From Nemertoderma westbladi (taxonomy: Eukaryota; Animalia; Xenacoelomorpha): a DNA stretch of 64,000 nt. The notes under the pieces were generated by a model. That model did no database searches and was not told the origin of the DNA. It saw nothing but the letters and a program-made list of their open reading frames with translations. The number at the start of each line of letters is the position of its first letter. The first letter of the stretch is position 1. A program made the translations under genes and the position numbers. Of this stretch, positions 40,401 to 55,400 are shown in pieces. The stretch is from positions 16,116 to 80,115 of the forward strand of contig JAUCBJ010005969.1 of the NCBI GenBank assembly GCA_032718475.1. The letters are read 5' to 3'.

Positions 40401-43400
40401 TATAATATTATATGATTCAGAGACAGGATTTACTAAATAAATAAATGAAATAGAAATACAATAAAATTAGATATTAAAAAAAATTAAAACTTGGAAAATT
40501 AAGAAATTAACATATAACAAGGTGAGGCCCCAGCTCATATTTTTACATTATATATTTTTGGTAGGGCCTTTAGGGCACAGTGCATTATTTATTTATATGT
40601 AGTGTTTGTTTCGGTGCGGTTTGTTGTTTTTGCTGTTGTCCAATATGGTTTGTTGTGATAAGTCGCATAGCGGCTAGGGGCCAAAGCCCCGGACATTAAA
40701 GATTTACGTAACTTAACTTTTATATCCAACGAATTGTTAAGTAATTTTTGTGCCGATATGCGCTGCTAATGTAATGAAATAAATAATGATGAATTTGCTT
40801 CTCATTAGGTATGCGATAGAAACCTTGGAGAATTCCACAACGGCAGTGATACGTTCAGCTGGGGTGGAGGACCAAGGTCGTTATCGGGTTACTGTTCGTA
40901 ATCCCTCGGGGAGAGATAATTGTAACTTCACGGTGGCGGTGAAAGATGTCCCAGACGCCCCATCGCGACCAAAGGCCACCAGTGTTACACAATCGTCGGC
41001 TGTGTTGAGTTGGACGGCTCCTAGAAAGGATGGAGGAAGTGCAGTCACGCAGTGAGTTACAGTTTAGGCCTACTGTATATACTGTATATACATTGGGTAC
41101 AATGTTGTGGCAGAGGCTTTATCAGACTGTATGTATATCTGTCTGTCTGTCTGCTTGCCTGTCTGTCTGTCTGGCTGTCTATCTGTTTGGATGCCTGTCT
41201 GTATGTATTTATGTCTATCTGTCTGTCTGACTCTCTGTATGCATGTATTGTATGACTGTCTGATCATTGTATATCTGTATTTTTATCTGTCGGATTGACT
41301 GTCTCTGACTGCTTGTCTGTCGTCTGTCGGTATATCTGTCTATCTATCTGTATGTTTATCTGTCTGGCAGTCTTGCTATCTGTCTGCCTGACTATCCCTC
41401 CTTCTGTCGGTATATCTGTCTGTCTATATGTTTGCCTATCTGTCTGTATGTCCGTATGTCAACAAAAGTAAGGAAGCATACTGCTAACTAATTTAGCAGT
41501 ATTTTGTACTAGTTTTAACAGTACTTTGTACTAGTTTTAGCAGTACTTTGTACTAGTTTTAGCAGTACTTTGTACTAGTTTTAGCAGTACTTTGTACTAG
41601 TTTTAGCAGTACTTTGTACTAGTTTTAGCAGTACTTTGTACTAGTTTTAGCAGTACTTTGTACTACAGTAGTTTTAGCAGTACTTTGTACTAGTTTTAGC
41701 AGTACTTTGTACTAGTTTTAGCAGTACTTTGTACTAGTTTTAGCAGTACTTTGTACTAGTTTTAGCTACTAATTTGAATTTTGAAGTAACTATTTTGTAT
41801 GTCTGTGACTTTAACTATAATATGCATAATTTTAGTGCTAAATAGGATACCAAATATTATCGATATGTTTTAGATACACGTTACAACGCAAAGCAGCAGA
41901 CGACGCTAACTGGTTTACTGTATCCAGTAACGTCACCGACGTACAGTGCAAGGTTGACGACTTGCAACCCAATACAACTTACAGTTTCAGAGTTTTAGCT
42001 GAGAACGAAGTCGGACTAAGTACACCGGGACTCGAAGTTTCAGCCAAAACTATACGTAAGTCTTAAACATTGTAATCAACTTATACTAAGGCTGTAAAGG
42101 GTAACTAAGGTTGGGTGTAAACGCTACGCCGACAACCGACTGTCGACAACCACTGCCGACAACAGTAGAGTTAAAAATGTAACCTGAGTTCGTGACTCTC
42201 GTTTATTGTTTTGGTTAGAATAACTTCCACTGTAACCTGTACCTTTCCTTCAATTAATAAATGAGATTAATTAGCTTTAATAATGGTTGTCGGCGTTGGT
42301 TGTCGGTAGTCGGTTGTCGGCGTAGCGTTTTACACCCACCAAGGTTGTATTTAAGGTTCTTCATGGCCATATAATGATAGCCTATAATGCTATAATCATT
42401 TCAGCGAGATACCCATGAAACTAAATAAAAATGAAACCAAAAATTGACATATTTCAGAGGCTACGAAAGTAGAAAGAAAATCTGTTGTGATGGAGAAACC
42501 GAAAGTAGTTGAACCGCTAGTGGACAAACAACATAAAGAAAACGAGACTGCAGTACTGCAGTGCGTTGTTACTGGGTTACCATTACCAACTATAAGCTGG
42601 TTGAAGGTTAGTAGTGCAGTTCATAAAAAAACCACGGAATGATAGCACTAAAAACGATATTTAGTAAAAGTGGTCGGAATATGATCCGAAACCATTGATG
42701 GAGGTCACGGGGTAATAAAATATTTTAACAATACTTAATTATATTTATTATCATTATCATTTTACTGGTTTCTTGCTTATTAACAAATATACTAATATTT
42801 CTTCTTTAAACTTCTTTAAGTCTTTAAAAAACGGAAGTCAACATTGCATTAATCACCACATGCAATATATACATTCAAAATAAAGTAAAATAACTTAATT
42901 AATTTAAGTTAATAAGGCAAATTAGTTTATTGTTTTGATTAGATAAACTGTCACTTTAAACCTGCTCTTTTCTCCTAATAACCCCTAATTTATTAAAAAC
43001 ATGAATCCCGGAGTTTTACCCCCCCCCCCCCCCCCCCCCCCTCCCCCTATCCTTACTCCCGAATACCCGAATCGACTCTCATTAATAGTACCTTGATCGT
43101 CGTGTTACAGGACGACGAACCAATCCACGGCGAATGGCGGTATAAGGATACAATGCAGGAGAAGGATGGGAACGTGGTCGCGGTACTAACGCTAGTTAAA
43201 CTCGTCCTAGACGATGAAGCTGAGTACACATGCGAGGCGATAAACGACGCGGGAAGGGTGACCTCGTGCTGTGAGGTGCTCGTAGACGAGGGAGAGGGCG
43301 GCCCAAAGAAGAAGTTTATACAAGAGGAAGTCGACGTAATTCCCCCGGTGTTTACGGAGAAACTCGCGGATACTACGGTCGGATACTCCTTGCCTACGCA

Positions 43401-46400
43401 ACTGCGGTGCAAGGTTCTGGGCCAACCCAGACCTGGGATACAATGGTACCACAACGACCGCTTGCTGAAAACCTCCAAGTACAACCCGCTGGACTTCGAA
43501 GGAGACGTTGTTACTTACACCATGATGGAGGCGTTCAGTGAGGATAACGGAGTCTACAAGTGCGTCGCTACTAACGACGCCGGTGAAGCTGAGTGCCAGG
43601 CCGAACTCATTGTCAGCGAGCTGGAAGATGAACCCGATGAAATGAAACCCGCGTTTGTCAGGAAACTTGTAGATGAGTCACTCATTAATGGTGATAACGT
43701 TGAACTGCTGTGCAAAGTGAAAGCAAAGCCGCCTGCATCTGTCACCTGGTAAGTTTCAGTAAAAACACAATCCATTAGTGAAATGGTCTAAATAGGCATA
43801 AACCGAAACCAAGTTTGTCTTAATAAACCACATTCTAATTTGTTCTTAATTTTAAAACTTTTTCATTTTAAATTAGTTTGTATTTTTAATCGCAGGACGA
43901 AAGACGGTAAGCCCATAGAATCCGGAGCGAAGTATAGCATAACAAGTGACGCCCAGGGTTGGAACTCCTTGAAAATTACAGGTGTCCATGAGGACGCCGA
44001 TTCTGGAACGTACGCTTGTAAGGCTGCCAACAAGATAGGGAAGGCTGTTGTCGAAAGCAGAGTTCGTGTGAAAGGTAAGATGTTGTACTATATTCACCAA
44101 CAATATGTAAAAAGCACATTATTTTAGCAGCATTCTTAAAAATGCAGCTGTAATGCAGCATGCCGATCCTAGTAGTACTAGGATCGGCATGCTGTATTAC
44201 AGCTGCATTTTTAAGAATGCTCTGCCGGCTTGTCGACAAAATTGCGCCGCCACAACTCCGTATCACCCCTGAAATTTGCTAGATCATCCGCATCTTCAAG
44301 GCCAGTGTCCTTTAAGATGCGTCTCAAGAATGTCATGGGCTGTCCACCATGCTTATTCACTCCATGAGGCTGCCAATGTACAAGATTATGCACTGGCTGG
44401 TCCTCACGGCGAAAACAATGTCCTGCAAAGCGGAGGCGAATTTGTTCTAGTGTCAAGCTTGGGGGAACCACTGAGACACCTCCAATGTTATATAGTGTCT
44501 GGTTGGAGATGTGTGCATTGTACTTGACACAATGAACCCGGCGTAGCATTCTTGTGAATGTGCCATCCAGAGATTTGGTGTCCTCAGCAGTTAGAGCCCA
44601 GCATGGACTCCCATAGAGGAGTACTGGAACTACTGCTGCTCTAAATAATCGGACCTTAAGTTTCCGATTAATTCTCGGTGACTTCCAAATACTGGAAAGC
44701 CTATTCAAGGCTGCCCATGCCTTTCCCTTACGTATTCGAAGGTCCTCACCTGACTTCCGGATCCATGATCCCAGGTAACAGAAGTCGTCCACATGCTCAA
44801 GCATACCATCCTTTGAGCTTATGCTCATCCGGTCAGAGACTTGCTGAGGACTTTCAAAGTGAACTGTCAAAATTTTGGTCTTTCTGGAGTTAATAAAAAG
44901 ACCAACACTAGAAGCAGCATGTTCTAATGAGCTGAGGAGCCGTTAGGCTCCCTCTAGTGATTCTGAGAGTACTCCTAAGTCATCAGCAAAGTCTAGATCA
45001 GTTAGGTACTTGGCAGGATTTCCTCGACTTCTGGAGCCAGTAGGTGGAGTTATCATCACCCCATCATCATTATGATGATCTAAGGACATGCGTAGAACAT
45101 AGTCAACCACAATTATGAACAAGAATGGTGCAAGTGTATCTCCATGGGGGACGCCCCATAACACTTCAAATGGTTCTGTGTCACCGTCAACAGTAGACAT
45201 AAATGTTGTCGAACCATCGTATACTGATCTGATTGCTGCAATAATTTCATCAGGAATCCCATATAATGAAAGTATGCTGAACATACGTGAGCGAGAGACT
45301 GAATCATAGGCCTTGAAGAAGTCAGCAAAGATAACAGCCAGATGCCTGTCTTTCATTTTTGATAACTCTTCAATTATCCTTCTAAGTGCCAAAATGAGCT
45401 TCATGGTCCCACGACCTTTACGGAACCCATTCTGATTTCCACGGAGCCGTCTCTCAATGGGATCCCTGATGCGATTTAATAGAATTCTATTGTATAGCTT
45501 TGCAGCAATCGAGATCAATGAGATTCCCCGAAAAGAACCATAGAGTGTTAGGTTGCCCTTCTTGGGAACTGGCACCAACTTATTTGTTTTCATTTCTTGT
45601 GGGACTCTTGTTGTTCGGTACATGTCTACTATGATGGGATATATGATCTTTAAACACTCAGGTATTTTAAAGACCTCAGGGGGGAACACCATCTACTCCA
45701 CTGGCACGATTGGTCTTAATGCTCTTTGCAGCAGCCTTCACTTCTGCAAAGGAGGTATCGCCAATGGGATTATCTGGGAGTAAAGACTCAGACACTTTTA
45801 CTTCTATAAAGTTATCAGGCAATACCCTGTCATTATTGAGGAGCTTTTCAAAGTGGGCCTTCCAACCATTGAGGCGATCGGCTGGTGAAAAAGCCTTATC
45901 CTTCCTTGGTGGTTGGTTGGCTTTTCCGCCCAGTAAGCAAGTTGATCGATTTCCATGCCTGGGATGATTGCCTGCTGTCGTCAGCATCATTGATGGCATC
46001 AACCTGTTGGTTTATTAGCCCCCTACTTCATAGATAAGAGCCAAGAGAGAGAGGAGCCGTCGGGTTGCCTCCGGTGGTTAGTATCTCACTCGTTCATCGA
46101 TCACTTTACTTTACTAATAATGTTGGCTGAAAAAACACAATGTTTGTTGAATCATACAGTTTCAGTCAAAATTTACTTGAATCGAATTAAACGAATCTTT
46201 AACCGAGAATATATCGTAACTATGTGTGCCCTCTTTAGACGCCTCATCTAACCTGAACACTGTGGCACCTGGACGAAAACGTGAAAGAAGGAAAAAGGAG
46301 AAAAAACGCGTTAAAAACATCAAACAGGTTCTCACAGCACCAACTCCAGCCCGATTCATTGAAAAACCAGTTCCTGTTTCCGCCACTGAAGGTAGGTAGA

Positions 46401-49400
46401 ACTTAATCACATTCAGTTCAATTACATTACCTTTAATAGACTACTACTTATAAAATACAATGGGAACTTTCCTTTGGTAAAAATTTTACCTTTATTTTTG
46501 AGAACAATATAGATTTATACTGAGTCAACAATGTGTTTTTTTTTGGGCAATAATATGACTAGTTTCTTGTGTAAATATGACACTTATTTCTGTAACAATA
46601 CAATGTATCACTTACATGTGGCAACAATATCGATTTCAACAATGACCCACTTTTCCTGTATAAAAGTTTGATTCTTTACTTGGACGAATCAATTTGTTAT
46701 ATTCTGACAGAACCAGAAATTCCGCTGCCCCAACATCGAAAATGCTCTCAAATTGTACTTCAGTAGCCCACGAAGAATTGGATAGTTATTGGTTGGCTAC
46801 CACCAAGGTCATCCTAATATTATACTGTGTGTTATATTTTTTATAAAATAAAACGTATTTAAGAAAATGTTAGGAAACCAACACGTTATTATAAAACTAT
46901 AACAAATAACACAAGCTTACGAAATAATATAGCTTGTGTAATTTGTTAAGTTTTATAATAACGTGGTTGATCTTGGTTTACTCACAATTTTCTTAATATA
47001 TTTATTTATTGTAACCGGATCACACATTCCAACGGAAACTTTGACTTGCCCAATTTATTATCCATAATTATATTTTTTGTATATACGATGGCCTTGCTAC
47101 CACGCCACATATAGCTATTCCAATCAGGAGGTTTTATTTTAGATAAAATCCTTTATAAGATGGTAATACAGTATATAAACTGATCTTCCCTGCAGGAGAT
47201 ACAGTCGAATTTAAGTGTCGAGTTGAGGGTCTACCCGATCCCAAGGTGGGGTGGTTTAAAGGATGGCGCGAATTCACGGATTCCGCCAAACATCAACTAG
47301 TTCACGACGACACTTGCGACGACTTTGCTCTCATTATACGGTGAGTTGGAAATACCGGTCGGTCGCATTTAGTGAATTCTTTCACATTTAGGAGAGGTAT
47401 TTTTGTGCCTTTTCCGTTTTTTTTTTGTTTTGTCTTTATATTTTTATATATGACTATGTTATATAAATGTAATTTTTATTGAAAACAAACAACTGGGTAT
47501 GACATAGATTATTTCAGTCACTTTATATTTATTTGCAATCGAGTTGTTTAACAAACCTAACCTACAGTATGTATGATTAATTTGATTGGTTTCTACAGAA
47601 AAGTTGAAACAAAAGAAGCCGGAAACTACAAAGTGAAGATAAAGAACGATCATGGCCAAGACGAGTGCGTAACTACACTAACAGTTACAGAGAAAGTCAA
47701 AGAAGAAGCAGATTTCAGGAAAAATTTGAAAAGGTAATGTTAATCAGTTTGTTATTGTTTGAATTATTTAACAAGTTTGTGAGATTAGAAACTACGGTAT
47801 GATTTAGGGTAGCTACAGAGAATATTCTCCTATAATTATTTTGATTTATTTTCATATTGTTAGGCGACCATCAGCTGTTGCTAGGGACGCCGGCTTCTCA
47901 ATGGATCAGCTGCTGGACATTATGCAGAACATGAGTAAGGCCCAGATGGAACAATTCGCCATGTCCCACGGAATCACAGATTTCCGCGCTTTATTGAAAC
48001 ACTTGAAGATGCATCGAGAGAAAAAGGAGGCTGAGGAGTTGGAGGTGAGTACTAAATTAGAAATATTATGTGACTCCGGAGGAATAACTTTATACGGCGG
48101 CTGAGAATCAGTGTTAGTATCTAGGATGTTGTTGTTGTTAGGCCTACTGTACAGTTGTTGTTGTTGTATGTACTTAGGTCCTATGACACGTGTTGTTGCT
48201 ATGGAGATACGTTCCGGTCTGCATTTACATATGTTGCACTTAGCAGTATTTTAATGTCTTGACATCGGCAGCCAGTAGGACTACATTAGGCTTGAACATT
48301 CAGTGGCTGCCGCAGATAATAAATTGTTGGAAGGCCGTAGGCTATAGTCGTAAATTGCGGACATTCAAGGTATCAGGAAGTATTTCCAGGTCTATCTTTC
48401 ACCTGAGCTGCTAGCTGAATGGTTAGAGCGCCAGACTCCCAACCTGAGGTCACCAGTTCGATCCCTCCTTTTGCTTTGTTAGCCCATAATAATAAATCCT
48501 TATTCATTGTATTTTCACCAAATTTGTTAGTCAGTTTATCCTTAACATTGTTTTGTATTGGTATGAGTAGATAATTGTTAATTAAACGAATACAACAGCT
48601 TAAAATAAAGATAGGTAGGTACCCAGTTATCGCAAATAGCAAAGAGAAAGGAATAACCGTCGACAATGTCTATATGTCTATGTTTATATAATTTGTTTTG
48701 ACAGACAGTTAAACGTAAACTGAAACCTGTTTTACATCGGCAGTCTACCGAGAGTCGCATTGCCAAGGAATTACAGGTAGCTCGGTCGCCATGGTTATTA
48801 CCATAACACTAACCGCTTAAAATGAATAATTTCTCTTTTCTGATCATTACATTTTTCATGGACAATAATCAACTGTATTCTTTCATGATCTGATCATATT
48901 TCAATCTGTTTGTTTCTCAGTTCAAATATATAATCGTACATAAGTTAAGGAAGTAGACCGCCCCGTCACCCGAGTAACGTGATATGGTGGGAAAGGTGAT
49001 CTTTTACAGGCAAATAGATAAAAAGATAAGTATTCGGTTGGGAATATTAAATTTGCGGGTGTTTAAGTACCGTTCCTTTTTTTGCGACGTTTTGTCCATA
49101 TGCTTTTGAGACTGGAAAACTGACCTAAAACGCTGCTAAAAGATAATGTTATCCTTATCAATTTGAAAAGATTATAGAACAAAACAATAAAAGTGCATGC
49201 CGAAATATGTTGGAAAAATCTCCCAAAATACGGCCAAGCGAAAACAGAACTTTAATCCATAGAATTTACGTAAAATGCAAAAATAAAGAGTTTGTCTCAA
49301 AAATTAAGAAAACCTGTAATTCACCACCTGTAACTACGAATACTTATCATAATAAATGCATTTCTTCATAAACTTTATTTCTCTCATTCACACTCTGATC

Positions 49401-52400
49401 TCATTACATTTCATTCATTCATGTTTTGTATTAATTGTTGTCGTATACACGAATCACTACAATAAATTTTACTAACATATGAGTTGTTTGATAAGATACA
49501 TTTAACACAATAAGTTTACTGCCTATAGCGTTCATACTTATGATATTTTCAAAAATCCAACTTGTCATCCTAATCTCCTATGTGCCAGTCTTTCACCATC
49601 CTAATCTCCGATAGGCCAGTCTTTCACCATCCTAATCTCCGATAGGCCAGTCTTTCACCATCCTAATCTCCGATAGGCCAGTCTTTCACCATCCTAATCC
49701 CCATAGGCCAGTCTTTCACCATCCTAATCTCCGATAGGCCGGTCTTTCACCATCCTAATCTCCTATGGGCCAGTCTTTCACCATCCTAATCTCCGATAGG
49801 CCAGTTTTTCACTATCCTAATCTCCGATAGGCCGGTCTTTCACCATCCTAATCTCCGATAGGCCAGTCTTTCACCATCCTAATCTCCCATAGGCCAGTCT
49901 TTCACCATCCTAATCTCCGATAGGCCGGTCTTTCACCATCCTAATCTCCGATAGGCCAGTCTTTCACCATCCTAATCTCCTATGGGCCAGTCTTTCACCA
50001 TCCTAATCTCCTATGGGCCAGTCTTTCACCATCCTAATCTCCGATAGGCCAGTCTTTCACCATCCTAATCTCCGATAGGCCGGTCTTTCACCATCCTAAT
50101 CTCCCATAGGCCAGTCTTTCACCATCCTAATCTCCTATGGGCCAGTCTTTCACCATCCTAATCTCCGATAGGCCAGTCTTTCACCATCCTAATCTCCGAT
50201 AGGCCAGTCTTTCACCATCCTAATCTCCTATGGGCCAGTCTTTCACCATCCTAATCTCCTATGGGCCAGTCTTTCACCATCCTAATCTCCGATAGGCCAG
50301 TCTTTCACCATCCTAATCTCCGATAGGCCAGTCTTTCACCATCCTAATCTCCGATAGGCCAGTCTTTCACCATCCTAATCTCCGATAGGCAAGTCTTTCA
50401 CCACCCTAATCTCCGATAGGCCAGTCTTTCACCATCCTAATCTCCGATAGGCCAGTCTTTCACCATCCTAATCTCCGATAGGCCAGTCTTTCACCATCCT
50501 AATCTCCGATAGGCCAGTCTTTCACCATCCTAATCTCCGATAGGCCAGTCTTCACCATCCTAATCTCCGATAGGCCAGTCTTTCACCATCCTAATCTCCG
50601 ATAGGCCAGTCTTTCACCACCCTAATCTCCGATAGGCCAGTCTTTCACCATCCTAATCTCCGATAGGCCAGTCTTTCACCATCCTAATCTCCGATAGGCC
50701 AGTCTTTCACCATCCTAATCTCCGATAAGCCAGTCTTTCACCATCCTAATCTCCGATAGGCCAGTCTTCACCATCCTAATCTCCGATAGGCCAGTCTTTC
50801 ACCATCCTAATCTCCGATAGGCCAGTCTTTCACCACCCTAATCTCCGATAGGACAGTCTTTCACCATCCTAATCTCCGATAGGCCAGTCTTTCACCATCC
50901 TAATTTCCGATAGGCCAGTTTTTCACCATCCTAATCTCCGATAGGCCAGTCTTTCACCATCCTAATCTCCGATAGGCCAGTCTTTCACCATCCTAATCTC
51001 CGATAGGCCAGTCTTTCACCATCCTAATCTCCGATAAGCCAGTCTTTCACCATCCTAATCTCCGATAGGCCAGTCTTCACCATCCTAATCTCCGATAGGC
51101 CAGTCTTTCACCACCCTAATCTCCGATAGGACAGTCTTTCACCATCCTAATCTCCGATAGGCCAGTCTTTCACCATCCTAATTTCCGATAGGCCAGTCTT
51201 TCACCATCCTAATCTCCGATAGGCCAGTCTTTCACCATCCTAATCTCCGATAGGCCAGTCTTTCACCATCCTAATCTCCGATAGGCCGGTCTTTCACCAT
51301 CCTAATCTCCCAAAGGCCAGTCTTTCACCATCCTAATCTCCTATGGGCCAGTCTTTCACCATCCTAATCTCCGATAGGCCAGTCTTTCACCATCCTAATC
51401 TCCGATAGGCCAGTCTTTCACCATCCTAATCTCCTATGGGCCAGTCTTTCACCATCCTAATCTCCTATGGGCCAGTCTTTCACCATCCTAATCTCCGATA
51501 GGCCAGTCTTTCACCATCCTAATCTCCGATAGGCCAGTCTTTCACCATCCTAATCTCCGATAGGCAAGTCTTTCACCACCCTAATCTCCGATAGGCCAGT
51601 CTTTCACCATCCTAATCTCCGATAGGCCAGTCTTTCACCATCCTAATCTCCGATAGGCCAGTCTTTCACCATCCTAATCTCCGATAGGCCAGTCTTTCAC
51701 CATCCTAATCTCCGATAGGCCAGTCTTCACCATCCTAATCTCCGATAGGCCAGTCTTTCACCATCCTAATATCCGATAGGCCAGTCTTTCACCACCCTAA
51801 TCTCCGATAGGCCAGTCTTTCACCATCCTAATCTCCGATAGGCCAGTCTTTCACCATCCTAATCTCCGATAGGCCAGTCTTTCACCATCCTAATCTCCGA
51901 TAAGCCAGTCTTTCACCATCCTAATCTCCGATAGGCCAGTCTTCACCATTCTAATCTTCGATAGGCCAGTCTTTCACCATCCTAATCTCCGATAGGCCAG
52001 TCTTTCACCACCCTAATCTCCGATAGGACAGTCTTTCACCATCCTAATCTCCGATAGGCCAGTCTTTCACCATCCTAATTTCCGATAGGCCAGTCTTTCA
52101 CCATCCTAATCTCCGATAGGCCAGTCTTTCACCATCCTAATCTCCGATAGGCCAGTCTTTCACCATCCTAATCTCCGATAGGCCAGTCTTTCACCATCCT
52201 AATCTCCGATAGGCCAGTCTTTCACCATCCTAATCTCCGATAGGCCAGTCTTTCACCATCCTAATCTCCGATAGGCCAGTCTTTCACATTAAAGACCTTA
52301 AAGACTCATTTCCGCGCTCCTTTTTATGAAATTTTTTCGAGCTTTATGTTAATAAATTTCTAGAACATCATTGCTTCAAGATGAATCTGAGAATTTTGGA

Positions 52401-55400
52401 ATGTTAAAACATAAAATATAGAATAAAGTTCCAAAAAAGCTAATAGAAAAGCTTGAAAAAAAGGTCATAAAACACGCACTTAAACCTCATTCAGAATTTT
52501 TTTATAAAAATTTATAAAAAATCATGATTAGACTGGATGTATAAATTAGTGGTGGTGTGACATGAATGTCCTAGAAATTAAATTTGTTCATAATTTTTTA
52601 ATTACTGAATAAAGCTAAGTTAGTCAACCGTCTCACTTCAAAACTCACTTATATAAAATATAGAAAAGGCAAAAAAAACTAAAAAAATCTATAAAATAAT
52701 CCAAAAAAACAGCAAGAAAATTTAAAAAGCAGCTCGGAAACTGAATTTATCTAAAAGTTATTAAGCGATACTCCCATTCTCAAATACCCCGATCCAAAAA
52801 TATTTAAACTTAACGATTTCCTAGAATGTTTCGTAAACAAATACAAGCAGCACCAAAACATTCAAGTTTCGAACACATTATATCGATATCTACCAATAAA
52901 TTTCAGATGTCTTTAAAGATTTGAAATCCTTGTAAACCCTTTCCATAGAGAGCAACCCATCAAATCACGAAACGTTTGAATAATAACTGTAGAATGACTG
53001 GTGCGGTGATATTTTTAAATTATTTTACAAATTAATATAAAATTGCTTCAAAGCACAATGTTTAAATAATAATATATAATAAACGATTATATACCGGTAC
53101 CCCATTCCCCCAATCCTATTAGTTGTTCAGTTAATTATTATCAGCACTTCTGACGTCGGCATATCTGACAGTCGATGAATCACCTCCACCCGCTGACATA
53201 ATAAACCTCTCGTCTTGACTCTCAATAACCTTTACCGTCGCATCCTTCATTATCGACTCGCTCTCCAACACCTGCTGCAACCTCTCCCTCTGCTCATCGC
53301 TCTTTACGATCGTTATTAAACGAGAGGTTCTCTTCCTCGCGCGCCCGCGTACCTGCACCAAGGCGGTCACACTGGCCGGCGGCGCCAGTTGTATGACCAA
53401 CTCGCACTCTGGAAGATCCACCCCCTCTTCCGCCACACTCGTGGCCACTATAATACGGTATTTGTATTCTCGGATTTCTTTCAATGTTCTCTCCTGCTGC
53501 TTCACCGCCATGCCCCTGGTCGAGCAGAAGTCACCGATTTTAGCTCCATGCGCACCGTGGCCTACCAAACAAGCCACACTGAAACCAGAATCTTGTAAAG
53601 CTAAGTCGTTTTCCAGTTTTTCGGACAAATACCAAGCGACAATCCGCGTTCTTACCAGCAATAATATAACATCTTTACTCATCATTGAAGGAGCTTCTGT
53701 CAGTAGCAACGCCTTAATTTTACTATAAACAGATTCGGGATTTCCAATGTTAATGATTTTATATAACTTAGATATAATATTATGCAAGTGGGAAAATGGT
53801 AAACCAACACACATCCTCTGTAGTCTCGATATATTATTATTGTCTGCCGGCATGTATAACTCGTATAATTGCTTGTAACAACTTTCCAAGCTGCAAATAT
53901 CAAGAACTATCAAGCTATCGATTATTGTTACTAAGTGATTCAACAACAAGGTATCACTGTCTCCTGAAGCCCCCCGCTCATTGGCTATCTTCTTTAACAC
54001 GGTGGTTAATTTGTTGTGGAGGCTACTAAGATGCTGCAATCTGGTTTCCTCAGACATAATTTCCTCTGAACTCGGAAAAACAACACCGAAATTAGGGAGA
54101 TTCGCTAAACAGAGCAGAGAGTACCTCAGCAATTCCTGCAAAATAGTTTCCTCTTCGGAAGTTTTGGGAACCACGAGTATGTCGATGTTAGTTAAACTGG
54201 AAACCGACTCCAAATCAACGATATTGTCTTTTACAACTCGCAATGTTGCGTCCCCGAAGTCCCGCAATAACAACCGCAAACGTGCAATAGTATCTCGAAG
54301 AATCGAACTCCCAGCAGGAGAGGCCGTTAACCCAAGGAGTTTCGGTCGCGACTCTACTGCCGTTTTCTTCAAATAGACCTCCAATATCTTCTTGTAGGGG
54401 TGATTCAACGTGCAGTGGTGAGCTTCATCGAAAACAACAAGAGAAAGATCAGACCAACGAACTAAAGATTCGCTCAGTAAATTCAAATAATACGCGGCGG
54501 TAGCAACTAAGATATGTTGCGAGTGAATGTGGTCACCAGTGATGTCTTGTTTGTCGCCACAGAGACTGCCGATTGTCAACTCTCGTCCATTGACGATAAC
54601 GTTACGCAGTTCTTCCTTGAGGTACTGACTCTGCTGCAAGACTAGCAAAACTTTATCCACAAGGAAGACAATCTGCCTCTGAGGGTTTAATTGCAACATT
54701 TTCGATATAACCATCGCGGATATCAGTGTCTTTCCAGTACCTGTAGGCAAGAAGATTACAGAAGAACTGTCGTACATTACTTTCTGGTACAATTCAACTT
54801 GATATGACCTGGGTTTTGTCAATGTTAGATTATAGTAGTCAGAATGATTTGCTCGCTTTTTTATTGGGCTATCATAAGTTCTTTCCGGGGCTTTCCCGAA
54901 CATGGCGACTTTCGCTTTGTGTTTTGTGCCATTGAAATGATCTCTAGACTTCGCCTGCGAATCCAACAGCACCACGCAAATCTTACAAAAGTATGGTAAT
55001 ATAGTATCTGAGGATATCGAACTAGTAGAGTCATTGCATTGATAACTGGGGGTTTCTGATTCGGTTATACTTATTCTCGATAAAGATTCTTCCAGCTTTA
55101 CCATGCTAAAAGTCTCATCACCTGTGTTTGTAAAACTAGTTCTAGTGCATCCTACGTCGCTTGCATCATTTGGTCTTGTATTCATAGGCTGAAGAATATC
55201 TGAAATTATAAAATATTATAAAAATAAATGTTTGACTTAATTTGATTACATATTTAGTCCAGTCAATCTAATGAAAAAAAGGCGGTAACCCACAACTAAT
55301 TCGCAATTCATCAGAACCAATTTTTTTGATTCTACAATATCTTGCTAATATCAACAAAAAGTCTATAAAAATTAATTATGCGGATCACTTTCAATTAAAT

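Noticed and set aside
48405-48475. Functional tRNA gene
   Set aside because: Acceptor and anticodon stems do not pair properly; SINE-like.
49566-52288. CRISPR-like array (also considered for 1-1137 and 31262-32030)
   Set aside because: Units are head-to-tail or have low-complexity related spacers; no unique spacers, no cas genes, eukaryotic context.
52302-52912. Kolobok-like element (TTAA-AGAC...GTCT-TTAA)
   Set aside because: The terminal match is only about 4 bp beyond TTAA, too weak to call.
53131-55199. Call as Dicer or canonical RIG-I/MDA5/LGP2
   Set aside because: The ORF stops shortly after helicase motif VI. No DUF283/PAZ/RNase III, CARD or Zn-CTD is visible.
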